NCBI GenBank assembly: GCA_036172245.1
Contig: JAYWIR010000144.1
Location: 45,852-65,851, forward strand
Origin: Raillietiella orientalis
Lineage: Eukaryota
DNA length: 20,000 bases
Reading direction: 5' to 3'
Below the pieces are notes generated by a model, which was given only the letters and a program-made list of their open reading frames with translations, was not told the DNA's origin and made no database searches. The first letter of the stretch is position 1; every line of letters begins with the position of its first letter. Of this stretch, positions 8,671 through 18,120 are shown in pieces. A program made the position numbers and the translations under genes.

Positions 8671-11160
8671 CCTGCGACAGGAGACGTGAGGCCCACGTCT
8701 CCCCAACCTATGGAGGTGGGGTCATGCCCCACCAGAAAATCAGCCCCCGCCACCCCGGCGAGGGCGTGAAACAAGGTGGCAGCGGCGGCTCCGCCGGACG
8801 TGGCCGCCGAAGTACAGGCATACATAAAGGAAAGCTACAACCCTGCCCTCCTTTACAAGGTAGGAAATCTTTATTCTCCGCTTACCACGCGGAAATTTGG
8901 AAACGCCATCCGTGGGATAGGAATCTCTGACGAGGAGATAATTTGCTTCTCGATTCGGAGCGGCAAGCAGTTCGCGGAGCTGATCTGCAAAGATGCAGCG
9001 CTCACACACAAACTGCTCTGAACGCCCGTTCCGTTCGAAGGGCGGAATCTCCTCCCACACACGGTGGATCACTCTTTGGTGATCCACCTCACTGGAACAA
9101 CGGTGCGGATGACCGAGGAAGCCATAGGCACTGAAATCAACAAGTTCGCGGAGATCTACGCGATGTGGTCGAAGCCCAACGCCTTTACTTATCGAGGCGC
9201 ATTCAGTGGGCGAGTAGCCGCACGCGTAACTCTCCGCGAAAACAAAGAACTTCCCCACAAGCTGGAGGTCAACGACGAGCTCGTCGACCTCTGGTACGTG
9301 GGGAAGGAAAAATACTGTGGGCTGTGCAACACATTCGGGCATCTTAAAAAGAGATGCCCGGATGCCACATGCCCAACCTGCGGCGCGAAGGGCCACACTA
9401 GTGCTGTGTGCCCGAAAAATACCGCGACAACGGCTTCAGCCCCTTTAACAAATGGGGGGAAGAGGGCAGAAAACAAAAAAACGAGCGACCAGCAGCTGAC
9501 CTCAGAAGAAGTCGTGCAGAAGGAGCAGGAGCCTCAAGAGAAGACTTCTGAGCCAACTGCCGACGAGGAAAACTGGAAAGTCGTTTCAAACAAAAAAGGA
9601 AAAGAAACACACAAAAAAACAAAAACTCCAAGAAAAAATCATAATAATACAAATCAGAACGCGAGGGTTCCCAAAAAACCCGCGGTCGGCAAACCAAAAA
9701 TTTTGCCGCGCGAGTCCATAAAGGAATGCCGCGTTACAAGCGAGCGCGTTCCGTCGATCGAGCGTCGATCGGCGAACGCGACTACCGCAACCGTCGCGAA
9801 CGCCGCGGAACCGCCGTAGGAATCCTGCGACAAACACGCGAGCAGCAGCGACGAGAAAAACTTCGCGAAGGCGGCAGAGGAACTAGCGGCCACCTTAATG
9901 CAGCCGCCTAAGCCTGCAAAGAAGGCCGTCAGACGTCCGGCGGAAGTTAAGGGCCCGGAAACTTCCGGGTCCGAGGCGGAATTCGGAAACCCTCCCACCG
10001 TCGCCCTTCCGAAGAGTAATGCGGGCCGGAAGTCGCGCAACCCTATGCGCGTCTCTCCCCCTCAGGCTGAGGAGGAGGAGATGCGCTCGGATAGCGAGGA
10101 GGCGATGTACACGAGGTCGCGGGATCCGTCTATCGACAGCATCCCGTCGGTCCTTCCTATCGACCTCATTCCGGATGCAGACGTTCCGGTCGTTGCCGAA
10201 ACGCCACCACCGCAGATGGACAACGATCATCCGCTTCCCGAACAGGAGGCGGCAATACGCACGCCACCACCATCATTAGTATGATGCGTGGAATCGCCTC
10301 TTGCCGGCAGCTGCGTAAAGTCTGTTGGAATGTCAACGGGCTGCGTAGCGAAAGCAAGAGGCGTAGCGTGGCCGACACCCTGCGACCTTTCGACCTGGCA
10401 CTTCTCCAAGAGGTGCATGCCCTCAGAGCAGAGGACGTCCAGGAAATCGAGAGGCTCACAGGGAGGAGGCTACTTTGGCGTGGTGGAGGAGACCACTCCC
10501 GTGGAGTGGCCTTCCTGCTGAAGCCGGCCGTCGCCAATGCGGTGCGCAGAGCACAGTTCGACGAGGAAGGTCGAGTAGGACAACTTGTACTCAAGTGGTC
10601 CGAATCGATCGACCTCGTAGTTACGAACGTGTACGCGCCCTGCACCACCCACAGGCGCGCAGAAGGCACTGCGTTCTTGGAAGCCCTGCGGCGAGACTGG
10701 CTGGCCGAAGCAGGCGTGCGGCGAGCGCATCTGATAGCGGGAGACTTCAAAGTCCGCCTGCTGTCGGAAGCACCCGACATAAGAGCACAATTGGTCAACC
10801 AGTTGTGTACGGCTATGCACACACGCAACTTGTTAATCGATGAAGCCGGGGTGAGAAGCAGAATCGACCACGTCTTCCTCGATAACCACTTGTGTACGCG
10901 GGTGGGGACTCGAGAAGCAATTGCGTCGAAGCTGTCCGATGACCCTCGGCTAGTAATCAACATCCATCCGCGCGACAGAGGTCCACCCTCCGAAGCGTGG
11001 CGCCTGTTCGGGGACTGGTTGCGACTCGCAGGAGCACGCGAACACCTGCGCGCATTCCTGAGTAGTTGTAAATTGCAGACTCTCGCTGACTGGGACAAAA
11101 TAAAACGCTCAGTCCGAGTGTTCTGTGACCAGTTTCCCCTCCATCAACTTCCTCCAGGAT
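8671..11160 (+). mobile_element. Copy 4: ORF1 + complete APE endonuclease, truncated just after EN
   Basis: ORF1 pieces 8776-9021, 9064-9819 and 9898-10284 share one frame and contain CGLCNTFGHLKKRC-PDAT-CPTCGAKGHTSAVC. ORF2 has WNVNGL, LQEVH, NVYAP, GDFK, RIDHVF and SDD. Confidence 0.93.
10284..11160 (+). pseudogene. ORF2 APE endonuclease domain, open frame but truncated (track ORF 10281-11189 reads into the next fragment)
   Basis: All canonical APE motifs occur in order, but the catalytic GDFN and SDH read GDFK and SDD. Confidence 0.88.
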
Positions 11161-12450
11161 CTCGCTGTGTCCTTGCAGCGTTCCCTTAAATCCGCGAAAA
11201 AGGCCTTAGAACGTCCGAAATCGATCAAGAAGTCGAAGATTCCGAACTCTGACGCAGAACCGGAAAACAGCCTGCGACATCGCGGCCTCTCGCTCGAAGG
11301 CCCTTCGCACGAAAAAGGATAACCCCAAAATTATCTCGTCCGCCAAAAAGGGAGAGATAATCGAGAGAAGCAAGCGTGCGAAGAAAGTGAAGAACTCAGG
11401 GGACTCTCCTAGAGAGGTAACCTCATGCTGCGACCCCGGAGGGAGGGAAAGGGTAGAGTCTGTGCCCCAGGTGCTTCAAGAGCTGGAGATAGCCGCGGTT
11501 TCCTTCCTCGTCCCTCCCACCTGTCCCTTGACAAGTGCTGCAACGACACGTTCCCAGCATTAATGCCGGGAATCGCCTCTTGCCGCCGTTTGCAAATTGC
11601 CTGTTGGAACGTCAGTGGGCTAAGCGACGACGGCAAGAGACGAGACGTGGCCTCCACCCTGGCATCGTTCGACCTGGTGCTGCTGCGAGAGATCCACCTG
11701 ATCTCCGCAGACCAAGCAGCGGGGATCGAGCGTATCTCGGGTGGACGGCAGCTGTGGCGTTGCAGCACCGTTAAATCTTGAGGTGTCGCGTTCCTGCTTC
11801 GTCCAGCTGTCGAGGCTGCGGCAAACGGCGTACGGTTCGATAGTGCCGGTCGCGTTGGGCATTTGACCATCAGGCTGTCCGACTCCATCGATCTGGTCAT
11901 TACGAACCTGTACGCACCAAGCGGTAGCGTCGCGCTAAGGACAAAGGCAAGGAAAGATTTTTTCTTTATTCTGAGACGCGAATATCTGGACAAAGCCGGA
12001 GGGCGCAAAGCGAACCAAATCGCAGGTGACTTTAAACTTCGCCTGCTGTCAGGTGCGTCCGACACACCTAGGGACCACGTGAACAAGCTGTGCGCAGAGA
12101 TGCACACGAGCAGCTTGTTCGCGGGAGATAGGGAAATGGCCGACAGCATAGATCACGTGTTTCTTGAACAGCACCTACGCTCACCCGTGGGGAGGCGCGG
12201 CAAGTTACCGTCGGAACTGTCGGACCATGACCGGATCGTACTCGAGGTGCGCCTACGCGATAGGGGTCATCCGTCATCTGCGTGGCGCTTACCGAAGGAC
12301 TGGATAAAACTCTTGAAAGCCGCGGAGCATCTTCGCCGATTCATACGAGGTTTCAGCTTGCAAATGCCTCAGGACTGGGACCGCTTCAAGCGCTGGGTCC
12401 GGTGGTTTTGCGACGAGTTTCCTATGAACCTTCTGTCTGCCTGGTTTAGT
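11155..12450 (+). mobile_element. Copy 5: ORF1 C-terminus + APE endonuclease, truncated at both ends
   Basis: QDLAVSLQRSLKSAKKALERP matches EELAATLMQPPKPAKKAVRRP of copy 4. TAATG lies at 11561, followed by WNVSGL, NLYAP, GDFK, SIDHVF, SDH and WFCDEFP. Confidence 0.9.
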
Positions 12451-14195
12451 GTTGCAAACTGTGTACGCTTGGGGCATTTATTCAGAAAAAACTCTCTATA
12501 ATTCGTAGTATAAGTCCCACTGTGTCCTTAGTCACGCGACCTGTCGGGACACCGGGAAGTATCCCGGCGTGGCACTCCTCGACAGCGGAAAAAGATGGAG
12601 AAAAAAACAAAAAGCAAAATTAAAGAGATAAATAAGCAAAAAAAAAAATTTGGAGGGCAGGAAGGTGATGATCGGACGCTGTAAGGAGGGCTCATCCGTC
12701 AAAGGGAGCCCTTGAGGTCTGTCCGCATACTTCTTAGATGGGGCCATCAAGCAGCTCTCCGCAAGAAGCGTACTGCGTGCTGGACGACTTCCCTCTGGTT
12801 CCAATCTACATCTTCGCTGCTGGCATCGCTCCAAGGCGCCACAATGCCTCGAACGCAGCACAGGACCGCGACGGCGGCTGCTGGCTGCAGGGCGTCCCGC
12901 ACGAAGAGCAGGCGGAAAACGTCTCTCGATGAACTGCCCGTAGGGTGCCCGAGGGTCGTCCTCAACCTTGCCCAGAGGGGTCGGAGGGCATGACAATCCA
13001 GTATAAGGTAGAAAAGCGACTCCCGCTTCCCGAACTTGGCACACTCAGGCCTTACACTTCCCCGCGTCCAGTGGAAGCGGTGCGCGTTGCAGGGTAGACC
13101 CCAGTGCAACAGCAGGAGCCCCGTCTCTTGCCACTTTAGAGGGAGAAGCCTGGATCCGATGAGTACTGAGCACGCGGGAGGGCTCTAGGGGTCGTGGCGT
13201 CTGCCAGTTCTCCCATGGTCCAACCGCTTATCCTTTTTTCCTTTCCTGCAATTCGGCAGGAGACATGCCACTTTGGCATCCAGGCTCTGGTTGAAGCCCT
13301 CCGTAGGAAGAGCAGCGTCAAAGCTCAAGGGATGGTCTCCGCTTACGTGCTTCTGCCGGGACACTCTAGGGTGCTCCGTAGGGTGCAGCCGGCGTTGGGG
13401 CCGAATCACAAGCGGTTCCAATTTTCGGTTCGTGGGTTGTTCAGCTTGGCCTATGTCGCAACGGATTCCTCCAGCTAAGCGTAGGAGTTGGCGTGGCTGC
13501 ATATCGTTTAGCCGTTTTCCCTCACCCGGTTTTGGATGCGTCCATGGAGAAGGCCGCATCTCCTGACTTTTCGGCCGAGATACAGAAGGAAAGACACGAG
13601 TCCATGCGTTCTGGATACACGGTTGTCGAGGATGCGGCCCGGAGCGCACCAGAGGGTGTTTCATGTCTTTGCTACGATAGCGAGGGTGCGCCATCGCAGC
13701 TGTATGTCCAGGCGCTCCAACGTCAGGGGGCCAAGATCTTCGTCACGACGCATAGTGCACATGTCCTTAACAAACTCACGAGGCCTCCCGCTGCCCCAGA
13801 TGGCGATGCGGAGAAGGCCTTTTGTCCTCTTCTCCAAGTCACGGGGGACAAGGCACACAAAGAGCAGGAAGCGAAGGAAGAAAGCAGCGAACCCGCTTCA
13901 CACGGCAGTCCGTTAAGGCAGAAGAAACTTGCCTTCCAGGAACGGGCCGATTGACAACTCTACCTTTTGGAGACGACCTGACCAGGATTCTGCGAGTCAA
14001 AAGTCCCCCAACGGGACACTCGGGTACTTCAGGTACTTGACCGTGGGGATTCCTAAGCGAATCCAGTTAGGCCGTCCAGCCCACGTCGCACCCACCGATA
14101 CCACCGACGACTTCGCCTTCTTTACCTGCAGTCCATTCTCACGGCTCAGCAGGTCAAAGAAATCCTCGACTGCGACTGCCGGGGCGGACATGAGC
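12449..14195 (-). mobile_element. Copy 6: 5'-truncated LINE (late RT/thumb, C-terminal domain, 3' UTR)
   Basis: DFFDLLSRENGLQV, WIRLGIPTVKYLKY, LGPLTLERLDIQLRW and HWGLPCNAHRFHW match copy 1. The minus-strand UTR has AATAAA at 12477-12482. Confidence 0.92.
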
Positions 14196-14204
14196 GGCCC
14201 GCTT

Positions 14205-14520
14205 TCTAAGGATGACGACGCGAAGGCCCCATCTGACATCCACCATACAGCAACAGCTTGCCGTCATACTCCACAGGATCACGGACAGTGATCCCAGCAG
14301 ACAGTGTTCCCTTCCCGTAACTTCCCCAGTTTTCTTTATTTCTTTGTTTACTTTTGTTTCGTTTCCCCTCCCCTCGGCTTCCGAGGTCGACCGTTCCGGT
14401 CTGCGCACTGGAAGCCTGGCAGGCTCAATGTTTCTAAGTCGTGGCTGCACTACTGATCCAGTCACAGGTTGTATGGGTTTATTTTAGAAAATCAACGTTT
14501 CGGCGAACCGGGTTTCAATT
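14205..14520 (+). mobile_element. Copy 7: ~315-bp 3'-end fragment (last ORF2 codons + 3' UTR)
   Basis: TTRRPHLTSTIQQQLAVILHRI resembles the copy 1 C-terminus VTRWPHVGIIRTDLEGILRRM. It is followed by a T-rich tract, a TTCCGGT-ctgcgc-ACTGGAA hairpin and the terminal TTCGG-cgaa-CCGGG. Confidence 0.8.
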
Positions 14521-15140
14521 CAATTTCTGGAGCGTGACGCCTCCCAGGAATTCGCGAAGGTGTTCCGTCGCACCTGAGAGTCGCTTCCAGTTACCCGGCA
14601 GACGCCATTCCCAGGATGGCGGTCCCTTGTCGCGAAGCCGCATCTCGAAATTCAACCGGGAATGGTCCAACAACGTTGACGCAACTTTCCCTTGTTTGCC
14701 GACCCGCAAACAAAGGTCTGTGTCGAGGAAGACGTGGTCGCTGCTGCGGACCATTCCCTTCTCACCCGCGAACAAGTTGCGCGCACGCATGGCGGCGCAC
14801 AACTCGTTCAACGCGTTCACTTGTGTTTCCGGCTCACCTGTTAGCAGGCGAAGATTGAAATCTCCCGCTATCAGGTGAGCCTTTCGCACGGTCCTTTCCG
14901 CCAGATAGTCGCGTTTCAGGGTTTGCAGCAACCTGTTTCCTCAGCTGTTGCCCTGCTTGCCGTTGGGGGCATACACGTTTGTGACGATCAGATCGATCGA
15001 GTCGTACCACCTGAGAATCGGCTGGTCGACTCGACCGTCGTCATCAAAGAGTACGCCCTTCACATCAGTGTCGATGGCTGGCTTGACGAAGAACGCGATC
15101 CCGCAGGTACTGCGGGCGCGGCATTGCCAGTGCAACCGAC
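14518..15140 (-). mobile_element. Copy 8: internal APE endonuclease fragment
   Basis: Contains CGIAFFVKP, NVYAPNG, GDFN, SDHVFLDTDLC and EHLREFL. Confidence 0.9.
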
Positions 15141-16290
15141 GATGGACTGCAGCGTTATGGTCCATGTCACTGGTATTATTAGCTTTATGACGCTGTCTGC
15201 GTTCAATGGCGAGCTAAAGAAATAAGATGTGCACGCGTTCTGGCCGAAACGCAGGATTTTCTATGGATATGACAGCCTATTTGGGGTACAGACAGCAGCG
15301 CGTGTTACAGTGCATGAGGGTGGTGCGCTGCTTCACAAACTCGAGGTCTGCTAAGAATCGGTAGGCCTCTAACACGTAAAGAAACCCCTTTTTTTTAACT
15401 CTTTCCATGCAATAGAGCACTTACGTAAAAGTTGCCCGCACATTGTGTGCCACTTAAGCGGAGAAAAGGGTCACATGCGCCGTGTGTGCCCTAAGCGCCC
15501 CACTCCAGTGCCGCCTGCTTCCTAAAAGACGCTGGCAACACGAGGAAAGTTGGTTTAAAGACCAAATACAGAATCTGGTCTACAGAAGCTGCAAGCCACC
15601 CTTCCTCCCACACAGGCGTCGGAAGAAAAAACTTCCGAAGACGCGATAGACGAGGTGGGTTGGCAGCTGGTTGACGCCAGAAAGGAAAAGCCTTAAAAAA
15701 AGGCATCAGTCGAAGAGGAAAAGGTCGCGACCGACGCGCGAAAAACGAAAAAGTCGCGTCCGAAAAAACTCTGTCAGTGCTCGGTTGCACTGGAGCGCGT
15801 AGACGTTCCGGTGGCACTGGAGCGCGTAGACGTTCCGGTGGCACTGGAGCGCGTAGACGTTCCGGTGGCAGCCACCCGGGACGACAAGCCTCTCCTCGCC
15901 GCTTCCGCTGTGCCGGAGATTTCGGACTGCGAATTCTCTGTTTACACAGAGAGTGAGACGCGCGACGCGCTTGCCGACGTTGAGGATGTGGACGCGTTCG
16001 CGAAGGCGGTGGAGGAGCTCGCGGCCACGCTGGCCGAGCGTGAGAATCCCTCGCGCAAGGCAGTGCGAAGGCTGGCTCCGCCCAAGAAGGCCCACGCAGG
16101 TGAGTTCGACCTGGGGTTCGGAAGCACATCTCCCTCGTTGGAAGCACCCCTCGGAATGCGGGACGTAAGTTCCAATAGCCGAAAAGGGGCCTCCCTCCAC
16201 CAGCGAGGAGGAGAAGCAGGAAGTAGACGGCAGCCTAAGAATCCTGGAGGGGGAACTCCCACACTCGAAAGTCGTCGAGCAGGCCACCCC
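15135..16290 (+). mobile_element. Copy 9: heavily decayed ORF1 fragment
   Basis: MDCSVMVHVTG resembles VDHSLVIHLTG. Degenerate knuckles read HLRKSCPHIVCHLSGEKGHMRRVCP (~15418-15493). AFAKAVEELAATL..KAVRR is also present. Confidence 0.85.
15787..15870 (+). repeat. Perfect 27-bp tandem repeat x3 (encodes ALERVDVPV)
   Basis: GCACTGGAGCGCGTAGACGTTCCGGTG occurs at 15787, 15814 and 15841. Confidence 0.97.
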
Positions 16291-16294
16291 ATGG

Positions 16295-16403
16295 ACGGTG
16301 TTCAGCAGGCGCTGAGCCAGGCGTGCATCTCTACATGCAAGCTCCATTCGCCAACCGCCACTTAGCACTGAAAGACCTTCGAGGTCTTCTTTTACGTTCA
16401 ACC
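16295..16403 (-). mobile_element. Fragment 10: ~110-bp ORF1 piece
   Basis: NVKEDLEGLSVLSGGWRMELACRDARLAQRLLNT aligns with copy 2 DVKEKELCAMTIRSGGQYVEVICQHADLAQRLHKT. Confidence 0.78.
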
Positions 16404-16582
16404 GCGTTGCAGGATAGACCTCTATTCAACAACCTCTATGCAACAGCGCTCTCTCTTGCCACTTTAGGGGAAGAATCCTGGATCATGTGAATACCGCGGA
16501 CCACTTCAGGTCATCCGTTCGGATACCGAGCAGTTCGCCCCATCTCTTTAGTTTTCTCGGCTGGACACACGGGGTCGTAGCG
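16404..16582 (-). mobile_element. Fragment 11: ORF2 C-terminal-domain piece, inverted relative to fragment 12
   Basis: ATTPCVQPRKLKRWGELLGIRTDDLKWSAV..SRILPLKWQE..CNA matches copy 1 at ~2458-2628. Confidence 0.9.
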
Positions 16583-16599
16583 TGGAAGTTTTTCGTCGA

Positions 16600-17086
16600 C
16601 TTCCCAGATTCGTTTTTCGGCTCCTCTTCCTACGGGACGCCCAGTAGCGAGCCGTATCTGTTGCAGCGTTTTCCTGTTTCCGCTGTATTTTTGCCGTCTG
16701 GAGATGATTTGACGAAGAAGGTGATGACTACGACAGGAAAGTGATTAAATATGCAGTTCGCTTCAAGTGGATGGCAACCCGACCGTTCAACTATAAACAA
16801 ATATGATGAAGGACCTCGACGACATCCTGCAGTAAATGCACCCTGCACCAACCAGGTAGAGATCTCTTGCCGATCCTCCAAGGATTTTTTTTTTTAATTT
16901 TATTTTTTTTACTTTATTTTTGTTTTTATTTTTTCCCCTATCCACGTTTGCTGCAGTGAAGAGTCAAGCCGTTCTGCCCGTCAACATCCCGCCCGGTTCG
17001 CTGTTGTGTTAGCCGTTGTGGGGCCCTTGTTCCGAATCGGTTGTTCTGTTTATAATAAATGCCCCTCCGTGACTGGGAGGCAACAT
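16600..17086 (+). mobile_element. Fragment 12: ORF2 extreme C-terminus + 3' UTR
   Basis: PRFVFRLLFLRDA..YDRKVIKYAVRF matches copy 1 from ~2783. It is followed by a T-rich tract, AATAAA at 17054-17059, a CCTCC-gtgactg-GGAGG hairpin and CAACAT. Confidence 0.85.
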
Positions 17087-18120
17087 GGAAACGGAAGTTC
17101 CGCACCTACCCTTTTACCCTGTTCCGGACAAGGAATAGCATTCTGCAGGCATTCTGTGAGCTTTGCCGTTAATTGTGTGTCCTACCTGAGAGATCGGCGG
17201 CTTGCTGTTCGGAGAAGGCGTGTATCTTCAGCTGCAGGACCAGATGGAACTTCACGCAGTACGTGAGTCAACAACCGCCTATTATCATCAACCTGCAACC
17301 CGTTGACGTTTCAGCAGATCATGAGGACGTGACGAAAGGATACGAGCTTACTTATTACTGCTGCGGAAATGGCGGCGCTTCCCCCGCCTCGTCCGGCGAG
17401 GCATCAGGCTGGAGCGCGTCGTGTTGGGGAGCGCAACCGCACTCGTTCTCCTGCACGCCGCGCGCGGCGCTCTCTTTGGAGTCAAAGAATACTGTCCTGG
17501 ACTTAGAGGATTATCGAAAACCGTTCGCGGCATCTGGCTTCCTCCTGGAAACTTTGGGTTTCCGCGCACTCCAAGGTTTCCAAAGGGCTTGGGGAACCTT
17601 TGTGCTGCCATCGGACTCCAACTCTGAGTCGAAATTTCGTGTGCACGATAAATGTTTTTTCTACCTGCTCTTTTGCTGGCATCTTGGACGTGCTCCAAAA
17701 TTCAGCGAGGGTGCCACCGTCGACGATCCCCCTCTTAAGGTCTCGGCGTTGTCAACTTCCCTTTCGGGGCAGGCGGCACCGACCGCGCACTCAACCGCAG
17801 CGGAAACTTTTTCCTGCGAATTCCTTGACGTACGGGGATGCCTCCTCACCCCTCCTACTTTTCGGATGGGTAAATGGGAAGGATCTTTTGTTTTTCTCTG
17901 TTTCTTCTCCGCTTCCCCCTACAAGAATCCAGACGGCTTCTTCGTCTTTCAGGTTGCCTCGGCTCGATACGAGGGCCTTTCGAATTATTCCCGTTGGGCT
18001 ATGAAAGCCAGTTGCTTTCTCGCTACCTTTGCCTTTTGCACGTTCTTATCGCAAGGTACGGACAAATTCGCAGGATTCTTGAGAGTCGAGCGAGGCTTAG
18101 GAGTCTTTCCCGACTAACGA
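17085..18120 (-). mobile_element. Copy 13: very decayed ORF1 C-terminus + EN N-terminus
   Basis: The minus strand reads IC*NVNGL, FHLVLQLKIHAFSEQQAADL and LFLVRNRVKG*VRNFRFH (EN). TAATA at 17353-17357 is in exact register with TAATG of copy 2. The upstream low-complexity frame is ORF1-like; the right boundary is set by the composition shift. Confidence 0.75.

Larger units (their letters stand above)
1..18120. mobile_element. Cluster of ~13 nested/truncated copies of one L1/Tx1-like non-LTR retrotransposon family
   Basis: Every segment aligns by eye to ORF1, EN, RT, the C-terminal domain or the 3' UTR of another segment. No other repeat class or host spacer was recognised. Composition drops sharply to AT-rich after ~18120. 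Confidence 0.93.

Noticed and set aside
10166..12149. Long antisense ORFs over the endonuclease (10166-11098, 11409-12149, also 14441-14878) as a conserved antisense gene
   Set aside because: They lie in the shadow frame sharing codon positions 1-2 with EN, so similarity is automatic. Starts and ends differ between copies, the frame is broken in copy 2, and the DNA is GC-rich.
6287..15870. 42-bp and 27-bp repeats as CRISPR-like arrays
   Set aside because: They are directly tandem with no unique spacers, unit lengths are multiples of 3 within ORF1, and there are no cas genes.
17173..18117. 314-aa plus-strand ORF as a novel gene
   Set aside because: It is antisense to the decayed ORF1/EN of copy 13, in the same shadow register as 4757-5323, 9654-10040 and 15942-16292. 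It has a non-ATG start and no recognisable motif.
1..18120. Known specific targets (U2 snRNA, 5S rRNA, tRNA, spliced leader, telomeric or microsatellite repeats) at junctions
   Set aside because: None was recognisable; all junction flanks are family sequence.
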